Notes under the pieces: generated by a model
Databases searched by the model: none
What the model was told of the DNA's origin: nothing
What the model saw: only the letters and a program-made list of their open reading frames with translations
Part shown: in pieces, positions 16,744 to 27,895 of the stretch
Position numbering within the stretch: position 1 is the first letter of the stretch
Layout: every line of letters begins with the position of its first letter
DNA from: Candidatus Hecatellales archaeon
GTDB lineage: Archaea; Thermoproteota; Bathyarchaeia; Hecatellales; Hecatellaceae
Direction of reading: 5' to 3'
DNA length: 64,000 bases
Assembly: GCA_003661965.1 (NCBI GenBank)
Contig: QMXD01000001.1
Span: forward strand, 1,258-65,257
Made by a program: the position numbers and the translations under genes

Positions 16744-16823
16744 TGTAACCTTATCCTAGCTTCTTTTTCCATCAAACTTTTATTCTTGTCTTAATGAAAT
16801 TCTTTTAAGGCTTAAATAAAAGT

Positions 16824-17837
16824 TTGGTTGCCAGATGGTTTTCCATGGTTAGCCTAAAAAACTTGATTGTAAGGGTTCTTAGAAACAACCATAATACTGC
16901 TGTTTTTGCTTTAACAACCCAATGTAACTGTAAATGTGTAATGTGTGGTATGCATAAAAACCCTCCAAAATACATGCCTTTCGAGGATGTTAAAAAGGTT
17001 TTAAGAGTGCTTGCTGAAAACAAGTTTCTTATTGTTTATCTTACAGGTGGGGAGCCTTCCCTTCACCCAAACATAGTTGATGTTGTTAGGTTTGCTGACA
17101 GGTTAAACCTTGCAACCTCCCTAACAACAAACGGAACCCTACCAAAAAACATGTTAAAAGCCCTAAAGGATGCTGGTTTAAGAGTTTTAAGCATCTCTAT
17201 AGACCATTGGGACTCTGAAATTTGTGAAAAAATTCGTGGTGTTAAGGGGATAAAAGAGAAACAGGAGGAAGCCATCCTTTACGCTAGAAGTATTGGCTTA
17301 AAAACCTATGCCTTAGTCTATCTTAACCCATACCTTATTTTAGATGGTGTTGAAAAAATTGTTGAATATGTAAATTTTAAGCTTAAGGTTCCAGTAGGCT
17401 TCTGTTATCCAACCCAAGCAGAAATAAACACCTTTAGACTTTGTGGAGATTTTCGTGAGGAAAGACTTAGTAGGAAACTTGGGGAAAGTGTTAAAAAGAT
17501 TTTTTTGATGAAAAAACAGGGATACAAAATAATGAATGCGGGAACCTATCTTGAAGACCTTTTAGGTTTAACTGGTGAAAAACCAAACTTTTATTGTAAG
17601 GGTGGGGAAAACGTTGTTTATATCGACTGGTTTGGTGATGTTTACCCATGCTTCCTAAGAGAAAAACTTTTTAACATTCTTAAAGATAAACCAAAGTTTT
17701 TAAAAAATGTGAAATGTAACGACTGTTACATAAACTGTTTCCGTGAACCTTCACTTTTACCCCAAGCCTTTAAATCTCCAAAACTTCTAATCAAGGAAGC
17801 CGTTTATGCTTATAGGATAAAAAACATGATTTTTTAG
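16824..17837 (+). CDS. Radical SAM (SPASM-like) protein
   Basis: CNCKCVMCG CxxxCxxC motif. C-terminal Cys cluster (CKGG...CNDCYINCF). Confidence 0.7.
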   Translation: MVARWFSMVSLKNLIVRVLRNNHNTAVFALTTQCNCKCVMCGMHKNPPKYMPFEDVKKVLRVLAENKFLIVYLTGGEPSLHPNIVDVVRFADRLNLATSLTTNGTLPKNMLKALKDAGLRVLSISIDHWDSEICEKIRGVKGIKEKQEEAILYARSIGLKTYALVYLNPYLILDGVEKIVEYVNFKLKVPVGFCYPTQAEINTFRLCGDFREERLSRKLGESVKKIFLMKKQGYKIMNAGTYLEDLLGLTGEKPNFYCKGGENVVYIDWFGDVYPCFLREKLFNILKDKPKFLKNVKCNDCYINCFREPSLLPQAFKSPKLLIKEAVYAYRIKNMIF

Positions 17838-18604
17838 GTTGTTTCTCCCTCCCCCCTACTTAAAACCCTTAATATTGAGGCGTGTAGGTTAACGAAGTTA
17901 CCATAGTTTTTTGCTGAGCAGGCTATAAGAGAAAAATCAAGCCTTAACCTTGTAAGAGCATTAAAAAGGTCTCTGGTTAAAACATACATATCCCCACCCC
18001 TAGGATAACGGTCAAAAACAGATTTTAATGCGTTAGGTGTACTTGACCACTCAAGAATCTCTTTAACAGTCTTCTCCGGAACCAGGTCCGCCTTATTTAA
18101 AACGTTTAGCTGGGGAAGCATAAACCTAAGAAAAACAGCTGCTGAAAGAAATATGTTTGAAACATAGTTGAAAGGGTTTGCACAGAATGGGGCGTCAAAA
18201 AGGTATAAAACCATTTTTTGCTCTATAGCCAACTCTTTTGCTATAAGTGGACCGCTAACCCTAAAAGCAAAAAGCTCCATTTGTCCTGGAGTGTCAACAA
18301 GAACATAGGTTGGATTAAACTCTTCAATTTCTCTGTTTAATTCTGTTATCCTATCAACTATAAGGTCTGAGGCTAAAAGTAGGGCCCCGTTAGGTCCAAG
18401 CCTATAATTTTCCATAAGCTCATCTATAGAAATGTAGTCTCTAACATCAACATCCGGGTTGTAGGGTAGATGGATAACTCCTGGATCTAGGTTTAAAGCT
18501 ATAACGTTTTCACCTTTTTTTGAAAGCCATTCGGCTAGTGAGGCTGTAAGTAAAGATTTTCCTGAGCCTGCTGTTCCAACAATAAAGATTCCATAGTTAG
18601 CCAT
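17834..18604 (-). CDS. GPN-loop GTPase
   Basis: Walker A GTAGSGKS and a GPN motif (LGPNGAL). 256 aa. Confidence 0.8.
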   Translation of the reverse strand: MANYGIFIVGTAGSGKSLLTASLAEWLSKKGENVIALNLDPGVIHLPYNPDVDVRDYISIDELMENYRLGPNGALLLASDLIVDRITELNREIEEFNPTYVLVDTPGQMELFAFRVSGPLIAKELAIEQKMVLYLFDAPFCANPFNYVSNIFLSAAVFLRFMLPQLNVLNKADLVPEKTVKEILEWSSTPNALKSVFDRYPRGGDMYVLTRDLFNALTRLRLDFSLIACSAKNYGNFVNLHASILRVLSRGEGETT

Positions 18605-18646
18605 AGGTAAACCAACCTGTTAGGTTTAAGGTGGAATCCTATAGGT

Positions 18647-18913
18647 TTATTTTTCCTTTTTTGAAAGCCACCATCTCAAATATTCTCTTTTTTCACGTTT
18701 TCTTTTTTCGTCAGCATCAAACTCTGGCATGTTTTTTCTTCTAAGCTCAACAATCTCATGGTAGCGTAAGGTTAAACCACAGCTTTTACATGTGTAAACT
18801 TTTAGGTTTAGGTCGTAAACCATTTCCCCACCGCATTCAGGACAATATTCAACCTTCAACCTTCTCAAGATAGTTAGGTTTAACTTTCTATTTAAGCATT
18901 GAAACCAAAACAC
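18647..18913 (-). CDS. Zinc-ribbon protein with basic C-terminal tail
   Basis: CPECG...CKSCG. Start uncertain. Confidence 0.4.
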   Translation of the reverse strand: MFWFQCLNRKLNLTILRRLKVEYCPECGGEMVYDLNLKVYTCKSCGLTLRYHEIVELRRKNMPEFDADEKRKREKREYLRWWLSKKEK

Positions 18914-18981
18914 TAATTTTCCTTAAAAAGGAAGATTCAAGTAGCCTAAAACCTGTTGGGCTGGTTAGTCTTGAACGGTTG

Positions 18982-20725
18982 GATGGGGAAATGTTTAACC
19001 GTAAACCTTTCAACAAAAACCCTAAAAACTTTAGATGTAGATAAAGAGCTTCTTCTATCCTTTATGGGTGGGAGAGGTTTAGGTGTAAAACTTTTATGGG
19101 ACCTTGTTCCACCTTCAACAAAACCCTTCTCCGAGGAGAATATTCTGGTTTTTGCTGTTGGACCCTTAACCTCAACCCCAATCCCTACAACAGGAAGATT
19201 TTCTATTGTTTCAAAATCTCCACTAACAGGAGGAATTTTTTATTCAAGTTGTGGAGGCTTCTTCGGGTTTAAACTTAAAAATGTAGGGTTTGACTATATT
19301 CTTGTTGAGGGTAGGTCTTCAACCCCTATTTACCTCTACATTGACGATAAAAATTTTGAGTTAAGAGATGCAAGCCACCTTTGGGGGAAAACAACAAAAG
19401 AAACCTTTAAAATTTTAGAGGAGGATTTAGGGAAAGATTTTTCTTTTGTTTGTATTGGTCCTGCTGGTGAAAACCTTGTTAGGTATGCTTGTGTTATGGG
19501 TGGGTATGGTAATTTTGCTGGTAGGGGTGGTTTAGGTGCAGTTATGGGTTTTAAGAGGCTTAAAGCTATAGCAGTAAAAGGAACAGGAAAACCTAAAATT
19601 GCTGATGAGGAAGGTTTAGCTAAAGCCCTAAAAAATTTTAGAGACAGAATTTCATGGAACCCTGTTTTAGATAAGGCTTTAGCCTACTATGGAACCTCAG
19701 CACTAGTAAACGTTATAAACGAGCATAGAATCCTACCGACAAAAAACTTTCAGTTAAACAGGTTTGAGGATGCAGAAAATATTTCTGGAGAAACCCTTAA
19801 AGAAAAAATTTTTGTTAGGAGAAGAAGCTGCTACAACTGTCCTGTTGGATGTAAAAGGATGACAAAAACAGGTAGTGGAAGGGAGGGGGAGGGACCGGAA
19901 TTTGAAACTTTAGCTTCTTTAGGTTCTATGCTTTTAATAGGTGATGTTGAGGCTGTTGCTGAAATAAACTATCTTTGTAACGATTTAGGTTTGGATACTA
20001 TTTCGTTTGGTGGGACTGTTGCATGTGCGATGGAGCTTAGTGAAAAAGGTTTACCTGATGCTAGGGTTAAGTGGGGGGATGCTGAGACTGTAAAAAGACT
20101 TGTTGTTGATACAGCCTATAGGAGAGGTTTAGGTAGGTGGCTTGCTGAAGGCTCAAAAATTTTTTCTGAAAAGTTTGGTTTTGCTGAAGCTTCTATGAAT
20201 GTTAAGGGTCTTGAGCTTCCCATGTATCATCCTGACGGTGTTTTTGGTCAGGCTTTGGCTTATGCAACCTCTAATAGGGGGGCTTGCCATCTAAACGCAT
20301 ACCTTATTAGTGTTGAGGTTTTAGGTTACCCATACCTTATGGATAGGTTTTCACCTGTTAACAAGCCAAGTATTGTTGTCTACATGCAAAACCTTGCTGC
20401 TGTTATGGATAGTATGGTTGTATGTAAGTTTTTAGGTTTTGAGTTTGACGAGGAAACCTTTGCAAACCTGCTTACGCTTGTCACAGGAAAAACCTTCACC
20501 CAAGAATCCCTAATAACCATAGGGGAAAGAATATGGAATCTTGAAAGAGTTTTTAATTTTAAGGCTGGACTTGGATGGGAAACAGACAGGCTTCCATCAA
20601 GGTTTAAGGTTCCACTTCAACCAATGCTTAAAGAATATTATAGGGTTAGAGGCTGGAAACCTAACGGTTACCCAACAAAAAATAAGCTTAAAAGCCTAGG
20701 TTTAAACGTGGAGGATGAATGTTGA
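18982..20725 (+). CDS. aor: Aldehyde:ferredoxin oxidoreductase (tungsten-containing AOR family)
   Basis: AOR N-domain (GKCLTVNLS, GGRGLGVKLLWD), ~580 aa. Stop TGA overlaps the next start (ATGTTGA). Confidence 0.85.
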
Positions 20726-21318
20726 AGGTTCCAAAAGAAGTTTATGAGGAGCTAAAAGACTATTGTTTAAGAATTGCTAGAAGAGGCTATGTTACAGCCC
20801 ACGGTGGAAACGCAAGCATAAAAAGTGGAAACCTAATGTGGATTACCAGACATGCATCCTCCCTAGAAAACCTTAAACCTGAAGATGTTATTCAGGTAAG
20901 CCTAGAAAAACCCTCAAGTTTTGATGTTTTAGCCTCACTTGAAACAATTGTTCATAGGCAAATTTATCTTGAAACACCAAACCTAGCTGTTTTACATGCA
21001 CATCCACCAATAAGTGTGGCTTTATCCTTTTTCATGGATGAAATGATTCCTATTGACACCGAGGGTTACTATGTTTTAAAAAAGGTTCCAGTTGTTGAGG
21101 GGCAGCCTGGCTCCTTAGAGCTTGCAAAAAATGTTGCTATAGCCTTAAAATCTTATTATGCTGTTATTGTGAGGGCTCATGGTGTTTTTGCTGCTGCAAA
21201 ATACATGGATATAGCCTACCAATACCTATGTATGGTTGAGCATTCCGCCGAAATATTATGGTTGACAGAGGTTCTTAAAAAGTCTGGTTTAACCCTTCAT
21301 AAACCAAAAAAGTTTTAG
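20719..21318 (+). CDS. Class II aldolase/adducin-family protein
   Basis: HGGNAS...AHPP motifs, 199 aa. Translationally coupled to aor. Confidence 0.6.
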   Translation: MLKVPKEVYEELKDYCLRIARRGYVTAHGGNASIKSGNLMWITRHASSLENLKPEDVIQVSLEKPSSFDVLASLETIVHRQIYLETPNLAVLHAHPPISVALSFFMDEMIPIDTEGYYVLKKVPVVEGQPGSLELAKNVAIALKSYYAVIVRAHGVFAAAKYMDIAYQYLCMVEHSAEILWLTEVLKKSGLTLHKPKKF

Positions 21319-21382
21319 TTAGGGTTTAGGAAAACTAAAGCTTATGTTTATCCTCTGCAAACTTTAGGTTGGTGTGTTTTGG

Positions 21383-22441
21383 ATGAGTCTTTTTGAGCTT
21401 TTAAAAAGGCTTTCCGAGGCTCCGGGTGTTTCAGGTTTTGAGTATAGTGTATCCAACATTATTAGGGATGAGCTTAAAAACCATGTTAACTCCATCCAGA
21501 CTGATAAGCTTGGAAACCTTATCTGTGTTAAGGAGGGTTTAAAAGAAAAACCAACCCTAATGATTGCAGCCCACATGGATGAGATAGGTTTAATCGTTAA
21601 ACATGTTGATGAGAAAGGTTTTCTTAGGTTTGCAAAGCTTGGAGGTATATCAGACCATCTTTTGCTTGGAAGTAGGGTTGCTATCCACACTAGGAAGGGT
21701 ATAGTTTATGGTGTTATAGGCTGTAAACCTATCCACCTAATGAGGGAGGAGGAAAGAAAACAGTTGGTCCCCTACGATAAAATGTTTATCGATATTGGTG
21801 CAAAAAGCAGGGAGGAGGCTGAAGAGTTTGGTGTTAGGGTTGGAGACCCAATAACCCTAGAAAGAAACCTAATCCAGCTTAAAAACAATCTTGTATGTGG
21901 AAAAGCTTTTGATGATAGGGTTGGATGTGCAATCCTAATAGAGGTTTTAAAGAATTCTAAACCTAAAAGTAGGGTTTACGGTGTTTTTACAGTTCAAGAG
22001 GAGGTTGGGCTTAGAGGTGCAACAGTTTCAGCTTTCTCCCTAAACCCTGATGTTGGAATAGCCATAGACGTAACAACCTCAGCAGACCATCCAGAAGTTT
22101 CTGAGCATGAGTCACCAGTAAAGGTTGGTTTAGGTCCTGCAATTCTTGTGGCTGACGGTAGAAGAGACTCTTTGGCTGGGGGGCTTATCTCAAACATAAA
22201 TCTAAGGAATAAGCTTATAGAGTTGGCTGAAAGGCTTAAAATTCCTTATCAGGTTGAGGTTGCTGAGGGTGGAACAACAGATGCAACAGCCATCCATCTA
22301 ACCCAGAAAGGGATACCCTCCTGCGTCCTATCCATCCCAACAAGGTATGTTCATAGCTTTAGCGAGGTTTTAAGCCTAAAAGACGCTGAAAACCTAGTAA
22401 AGCTTTTAACAGCCTTTGTTGAAGAAGAGTTTTCCCCTTGA
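21383..22441 (+). CDS. M42-family (TET/FrvX) aminopeptidase
   Basis: N-terminus MSLFELLKRLSEAPGVSGFE and metal-ligand regions (HMDEIG, DDRVGC). Stop TGA. Confidence 0.8.
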   Translation: MSLFELLKRLSEAPGVSGFEYSVSNIIRDELKNHVNSIQTDKLGNLICVKEGLKEKPTLMIAAHMDEIGLIVKHVDEKGFLRFAKLGGISDHLLLGSRVAIHTRKGIVYGVIGCKPIHLMREEERKQLVPYDKMFIDIGAKSREEAEEFGVRVGDPITLERNLIQLKNNLVCGKAFDDRVGCAILIEVLKNSKPKSRVYGVFTVQEEVGLRGATVSAFSLNPDVGIAIDVTTSADHPEVSEHESPVKVGLGPAILVADGRRDSLAGGLISNINLRNKLIELAERLKIPYQVEVAEGGTTDATAIHLTQKGIPSCVLSIPTRYVHSFSEVLSLKDAENLVKLLTAFVEEEFSP

Positions 22442-22445
22442 AGCC

Positions 22446-22916
22446 ATGAGCAAATATAAGGTTGAAGAGTTTACAGAAGAGGATGCTGAGGAAATTTCAG
22501 AACTGACAAAAATTGTTTGGCCTAAAGCATTGGAGTATCCTGAAGAATGGAGAAGGAAACGTATCTTAACTAGGGAGCAGGTTGTTGAGGAGATGAGGAA
22601 AGGCTACCATTTTTTTGGTGTTAGACTTGACGGTAAGATTGTTGGTTTTTATAAGTTAAGCAGGGTTGGGGATGCATGTTTTGGTGAGCATCAAACGATT
22701 CATCCATCCTATAGGGGGCGTGGTTTAGCCTTAGCAATGTATGAACAGTTTCTTGAGTATGCGAAGAAAAACGGTTTTAAGAGGGCTCTTGTAAACGTTT
22801 TAACAACCCAAATAGCAAGTATAAAATGTGTAACTAAGTTTGGGTTTAAAAAGAAGGGTGAACCCTATGAGCAGGCTAAGGGTATGCTTGTTCAAATGTA
22901 TGAGAAAGAGGTTTAG
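22446..22916 (+). CDS. GNAT-family N-acetyltransferase
   Basis: R/Q-x-x-G-x-G/A-like segment (YRGRGLALAM) and acetyl-CoA binding fold pattern. Confidence 0.6.
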   Translation: MSKYKVEEFTEEDAEEISELTKIVWPKALEYPEEWRRKRILTREQVVEEMRKGYHFFGVRLDGKIVGFYKLSRVGDACFGEHQTIHPSYRGRGLALAMYEQFLEYAKKNGFKRALVNVLTTQIASIKCVTKFGFKKKGEPYEQAKGMLVQMYEKEV

Positions 22917-22932
22917 TTTTTAGTGGTGAAGG

Positions 22933-24372
22933 TTGGTTTTAAACCTAGAACAGTTTAAAGCATACCTATATAACTGCGGTATCCTTTTAATGGTTTCAGG
23001 TGTTGTTTTTCTTATACCCGGAATTGTTGCCTTAATCTTTAATGAGGTAAACGAAGAAATTGTTTTCTTTACGTTGGCTGGTATAGTTTTTGCTGTAGGG
23101 ATTATCTTATTCTATACCTGTAAAAATGCTAGATACGAGTTAACGGTTACAGATGCAATGTTTTTTTCAGCCTTTGTTTGGCTTTTAATTCCTTTTTTAG
23201 GTTCATTACCCTTCTTTTTAACCTCTAAACTTGGTTTTTTGGAAAGCTATTTTGAGGCTATGTCTGGTTTTACAGCCACAGGTTTAACCATGTTTACTGA
23301 GGTTGAAACCCTACCTAAAAGCATCCTTTTCCTACGTAGTTTTACCGAGTGGATTGGTGGTGTTGGTGTTATAGTTTTAATGTTGGTTGTAATAGTTCAT
23401 CCAAGTATGGCTGCTGCAAGACTTTATGTTTCTGAGGCTAGAACAGAAAAACTTGCTCCAACAATTAAAGGAACTGTAAGAGAAATATGGTGGATTTATC
23501 TGCTTTATACAGGAGTTGGTGTTGGGCTTCTCTATCTTACAGGTATGCCTATTTTTGACGCTATAAACCATTCTATGACAGCTATTGCAACAGGAGGTTT
23601 TTCTGTTAAAAGTGGTAGCATAGGAGCCTATAAAAGTCTAGGTGTAGAGGTTGCTACCATGTTTTTAATGCTTATAGGGATGACTAGTTTTGCTGTTCAT
23701 AGGAGGCTTTTACGTGGACGAATATATGATTTTCTACGTAACGTTGAGGTTAGACTTATGTTCACCCTAATCCTTCTATTCTCAACCATAGTTTCCCTTA
23801 ACCTAATGGTAAAAGCAGATTTATCCCCCCTAACAGCCCTTAGAGAATCCTTTTTCCAGTGTATTTCTGCTCTTTCAGGAACGGGGTTTTCTACGGTAAG
23901 TCTCCGCTCCCTAGACGATTTTACCAAGATTTTGCTTGTTATGCTTATGGTTGTTGGTGGAGGTTACGGTTCAACCTCAAGCGCCATAAAACTCATAAGA
24001 ACAGCCATAATTCTGGGTTCTTTTAGATGGTTTATAAGGAAGATTAGGTCTCCTAGAGGGGCTATAGTGCCTGTTAAGCTTGCTGGTAAAGTATACGCAG
24101 AATCTGAGGTTATAGAGGTTGTTCTTTTCACCCTCCTATACATAACCCTCCTTATAATAGGCTCAATTCTGATGACTTCTCTAGGGTTTAGCTTTATAGA
24201 CAGCCTATTTGAGGTTGCTTCAGCCGAGGGGAATGTAGGCTTATCCGTCGGTATAGCCTCACAAAACCTTCATACAATCGGAAAAATTGTGCTTATTTTG
24301 GAGATGTGGGTTGGAAGACTTGAAATTTTACCTGTGATAATGTTTCTCCAAAAGATAGCTGGGAAAGCGTAG
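22933..24372 (+). CDS. TrkH/KtrB-family cation (K+) transporter
   Basis: Repeated pore-loop GTGFS / TATGLT motifs, ~10 TM, 479 aa. Confidence 0.75.
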   Translation: MVLNLEQFKAYLYNCGILLMVSGVVFLIPGIVALIFNEVNEEIVFFTLAGIVFAVGIILFYTCKNARYELTVTDAMFFSAFVWLLIPFLGSLPFFLTSKLGFLESYFEAMSGFTATGLTMFTEVETLPKSILFLRSFTEWIGGVGVIVLMLVVIVHPSMAAARLYVSEARTEKLAPTIKGTVREIWWIYLLYTGVGVGLLYLTGMPIFDAINHSMTAIATGGFSVKSGSIGAYKSLGVEVATMFLMLIGMTSFAVHRRLLRGRIYDFLRNVEVRLMFTLILLFSTIVSLNLMVKADLSPLTALRESFFQCISALSGTGFSTVSLRSLDDFTKILLVMLMVVGGGYGSTSSAIKLIRTAIILGSFRWFIRKIRSPRGAIVPVKLAGKVYAESEVIEVVLFTLLYITLLIIGSILMTSLGFSFIDSLFEVASAEGNVGLSVGIASQNLHTIGKIVLILEMWVGRLEILPVIMFLQKIAGKA

Positions 24373-24434
24373 GGTAAAGCGTATAAGCTAAATCATAGCT
24401 AAGATAGTTTGTTTATGGGTGTGGTGAGTAGGCT

Positions 24435-24986
24435 GTGATTGAGGTAAGATGGCATGGGAGAGGAGGTCAGGGTGCTGTTACTGCGGCTGAAATTTTGGCT
24501 CATGCAGCCATAAACGAGGGAAAATATGCGCAGGCTTTCCCTTCTTTTGGTCCTGAAAGGAGGGGTGCACCTGTGGTTGCGTTTAACAGGTTTGACGATA
24601 AACCTATATGGATTCGTTCAGATGTTTATGAGCCTGATGTTGTTGTGGTTTTGGATCCAACTCTACTTAAAAACGTTAACGTTACTGAGGGGTTAAAGTC
24701 TGATGGTATAATTATTTTGAATACTTCAAAAAAGCCTTTTGAGGCTAAGGAAAGGTATGGGTTTAAGTTTAAGATGGCAACTGTTAATGCTATGAGGATA
24801 GCTTTAGATGTTATAGGTATCCCTGTTGTTAATACTGCTATGCTTGGGGCTTTTCTTAAGGCTACTGGTATTCTTAAGCTTGACTCTGTTCTTGAGGCTG
24901 TTAAGGAGAGGTTTAAGGGTAAGGCTGGTGAAAAAAATGTGGAGGCTGTTACACATGCATATAAGGAAACTGTTTTGGTGGGATAG
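24435..24986 (+). CDS. porG: Pyruvate:ferredoxin oxidoreductase gamma subunit
   Basis: IEVRWHGRGGQGAVTAAEILAHAA N-terminus. Confidence 0.85.
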   Translation: MIEVRWHGRGGQGAVTAAEILAHAAINEGKYAQAFPSFGPERRGAPVVAFNRFDDKPIWIRSDVYEPDVVVVLDPTLLKNVNVTEGLKSDGIIILNTSKKPFEAKERYGFKFKMATVNAMRIALDVIGIPVVNTAMLGAFLKATGILKLDSVLEAVKERFKGKAGEKNVEAVTHAYKETVLVG

Positions 24987-24989
24987 TTT

Positions 24990-25301
24990 ATGAGCCAAAA
25001 AAACGAGTTTAAATTAAATCCTAAACCATCATGGAAAGAATTGCCTATTGCATCTATAATTCCTCAACCTTCAACCTCACGTTTTTATTTGACTGGTGAC
25101 TGGAGAAGTTTTAGACCTGTGATAGATAAGGATAAGTGTGTTGGTTGTGGGTTGTGTTGGAGTTATTGTCCGGATGCAGCTATAAAATGGTTTGAGGATG
25201 GGAGTGTTGAGGTTGACCTTAACTATTGTAAGGGTTGTGGTGTTTGTGCTGAGGAGTGTCCTGCTAAAGCAATAACAATGGTTGAGGAGGTGGAGGAGTA
25301 G
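24990..25301 (+). CDS. porD: Pyruvate:ferredoxin oxidoreductase delta subunit (2x[4Fe-4S] ferredoxin)
   Basis: CVGCGLCWSYCP and CKGCGVCAEECP. Confidence 0.85.
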   Translation: MSQKNEFKLNPKPSWKELPIASIIPQPSTSRFYLTGDWRSFRPVIDKDKCVGCGLCWSYCPDAAIKWFEDGSVEVDLNYCKGCGVCAEECPAKAITMVEEVEE

Positions 25302-25302
25302 G

Positions 25303-26475
25303 ATGGCTAAAAGGATAGCCTTAGAATGTTCTCATGCAATTTCACTTGCGGTTAAACTTGCAAACGTTGATGTTATAGCAGCCTACCCTATAACACCCCA
25401 AACCCATATCGTTGAAAGGCTTTCAGAGTATGTTGCTGATGGGGAGCTTGACGCTGAATACATAAACGTTGAATCTGAACATTCAGCTATGAGTGCATGT
25501 ATTGGAGCTTCTGCTGTTGGTGCAAGATGTTTTACAGCTACAGCAGGTCAAGGTCTTGCTTTAATGCATGAAATGCTTTTTATTGCTGCTGGTAATAGGC
25601 TTCCAATAGTTATGGCTGTTGCTAACAGGTGTTTATCTCCAAACCTAAGTATTTGGGGAGACCAAAGTGACATGATGGCTTCAAAGGATTGTGGCTGGAT
25701 TCAGATGTATGGTGAAAATGCGCAGGAGGTTTTTGACCTTACACTTCAAGCGTTTAGGATAGCTGAGGATGAGAGGGTTCTTCTTCCTGTTGCTGTAAAC
25801 TTTGACGGTTTTTATGTTACCCATGTAATAGAGTCTTTAACGGTTTTAGAGCAGGAGGAGGTTAATAGGTTTCTTCCACCAAGAAGAAAGGCAAAATATA
25901 CGCTTCACCCAGATAATCCTACAACATGGGGTCCTATAGGGCTTCCAGACATCCAAACAGAGCTTAAATATCAGCTTGAAAAAGCCATTCAAAACTCAAA
26001 AAAGGTGATAAAAGAGGTTTGGAGGGAGTATGGAGAAATTTCTGGAAGATATTATGATGTTTTTGAGCCTTATAGGCTTGAGGATGCTGAGGTTGCAATC
26101 CTTATGATGGGTGGACATTGTGGAACAGCTAGAATAGCTGTGGATAGGCTTAGGGAAAAAGGTTTAAAGGTTGGGTTGATTAAGCTTAGACTTTTTAGAC
26201 CCTTCCCCTTTGAAGAGCTTGTGGAGGCAACAAAACATCTTAAAGCTTTAGCTGTTGTTGATAAGGCTTTTTCTCCAGGTGGGTTTGGTGGACCAATATT
26301 TAGTGAGGTTAGGTCTGCCTTCTACGATTTAGATGTTAAACCTAGAATTGTAGGGTTTATTGCTGGTTTAGGTGGGAGAGATATAAGGGTTGATGAGTTT
26401 ATGGGTTTGGCTGAAAAGGTTTTGAGGGGTGAAAAAATAGAGAAAAACTATGTTTTTCTACAGGTGAGGGAGTAA
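25303..26475 (+). CDS. porA: Pyruvate:ferredoxin oxidoreductase alpha subunit
   Basis: Gene order gamma-delta-alpha-beta. ~390 aa. ATG at 25303. Confidence 0.85.
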   Translation: MAKRIALECSHAISLAVKLANVDVIAAYPITPQTHIVERLSEYVADGELDAEYINVESEHSAMSACIGASAVGARCFTATAGQGLALMHEMLFIAAGNRLPIVMAVANRCLSPNLSIWGDQSDMMASKDCGWIQMYGENAQEVFDLTLQAFRIAEDERVLLPVAVNFDGFYVTHVIESLTVLEQEEVNRFLPPRRKAKYTLHPDNPTTWGPIGLPDIQTELKYQLEKAIQNSKKVIKEVWREYGEISGRYYDVFEPYRLEDAEVAILMMGGHCGTARIAVDRLREKGLKVGLIKLRLFRPFPFEELVEATKHLKALAVVDKAFSPGGFGGPIFSEVRSAFYDLDVKPRIVGFIAGLGGRDIRVDEFMGLAEKVLRGEKIEKNYVFLQVRE

Positions 26476-26477
26476 AA

Positions 26478-27404
26478 ATGTCTGAGGAAAAATATTTTAA
26501 AACTTTAAAAGACCTACCAAAAGAGGAGCTTTTTGTTCAAGGGCATCGTGCATGTTCTGGTTGTGGGGAGGCTATTGCTGTTAGACATATAATGAAGGCT
26601 ATAGGTCCAAACTGTATAGTTATTTCTCCGACAGGATGTCTTGAGGTTGTTTCTTCACCCTACCCATACACATCTTGGGCTGTTCCATGGTATCATGTGG
26701 CTTTTGAAAATGCGGCGTCTGTGGCTTCTGGTGTTGAGGCTGCTCTTAAAGTTTTAATGCGTAAAGGTGTTTTAGAGAAAAAGAAGATTCATGTTGTTGC
26801 TATTGCTGGTGATGGAGGAACAGTAGACATAGGTTTTCAAGCCTTATCTGGGGCTTTAGAAAGAGGTCATGGCTTTGCCTATATTTGTCTTGACAACGAA
26901 GCCTACATGAATACAGGAATTCAAAGGTCAGGTGCAACACCCTACGGTGCATGGACAACAACCTCTGCTGTAGGTAAAGCTATAAGGGGGAAGGTTCAGT
27001 GGAAGAAAAACATGCCTGCAATTGTTGCTTCCCATGGAATTCCCTATGTGGCTACAGCATGTCCAGCCTATCCTGTAGACCTTGTTAACAAGGTTAAAAG
27101 GGCTGTTGAGATTGAAGGTCCAGCCTATGTTCATGTGCTTACTCCATGCGTTCCAGGTTGGAGGATTCCTTCAAACATTTCGATAAAGGTTGCTAGGTTA
27201 GCTGTTCAAACAGGAATCTTTCCACTCTACGAAATCAAGGATGGAAAACTTACATTAACGGTTAAAGTTCCCAAGAGGAAACATGTTAAAGAGTATTTGA
27301 AGCTTCAGGGTAGATTTGCCCATTTAACCGATGAGGAGATAGAAAAGATTCAGGAACGTGTGGATAGGGAAAGTGAAAGCTTAGGTTTGGGTCCTAGAGC
27401 CTAA
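26478..27404 (+). CDS. porB: Pyruvate:ferredoxin oxidoreductase beta subunit (TPP-binding)
   Basis: GDGG TPP motif (IAGDGGTVDIG), Cys ligands. Confidence 0.85.
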   Translation: MSEEKYFKTLKDLPKEELFVQGHRACSGCGEAIAVRHIMKAIGPNCIVISPTGCLEVVSSPYPYTSWAVPWYHVAFENAASVASGVEAALKVLMRKGVLEKKKIHVVAIAGDGGTVDIGFQALSGALERGHGFAYICLDNEAYMNTGIQRSGATPYGAWTTTSAVGKAIRGKVQWKKNMPAIVASHGIPYVATACPAYPVDLVNKVKRAVEIEGPAYVHVLTPCVPGWRIPSNISIKVARLAVQTGIFPLYEIKDGKLTLTVKVPKRKHVKEYLKLQGRFAHLTDEEIEKIQERVDRESESLGLGPRA

Positions 27405-27419
27405 CCATAAAAACATTTT

Positions 27420-27833
27420 TTAGTCTATGGTCATGGTTTGCATTTTACCTTCATCATCAAGATAGACAACCTTTTTTATTCCAGCCTGCTTCATTAGCTT
27501 CCTGCAAATGTTACATGGTTTTGAGGTTACATACATGGTTCCACCATCAACAGATATTCCATGTTTTGCAGCCATAAGTAGGGCGTTTGTTTCAGCATGA
27601 ACACCTCTACAGTCTTCGTATCCATGTCCTCTAGGTTGACCTTCTCTCGCACAAAAACCTATGTCTATACAGTGTGGTTCTCCTCTTGGTGCACCATTAT
27701 AGCCTGTAGCAACAATCATATCTCCAACAACGATTATAGCACCAACACTTCTTCTTAAACAGGTGCTACGGGTGGAAACCTGTTTTGCTATAGCCATATA
27801 ATATTCGTCTCTAGTTGGACGTGGGTTTGGCAT
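27420..27833 (-). CDS. dCMP/CMP deaminase (zinc-binding)
   Basis: HAETNAL...PCNICRKL zinc-binding signature. Confidence 0.8.
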   Translation of the reverse strand: MPNPRPTRDEYYMAIAKQVSTRSTCLRRSVGAIIVVGDMIVATGYNGAPRGEPHCIDIGFCAREGQPRGHGYEDCRGVHAETNALLMAAKHGISVDGGTMYVTSKPCNICRKLMKQAGIKKVVYLDDEGKMQTMTID

Positions 27834-27895
27834 CCGAGTCTCTCCTATTCATCTAGCTTTTAATGGTAATTTTTTTGCGTATGAAAAATATTAGT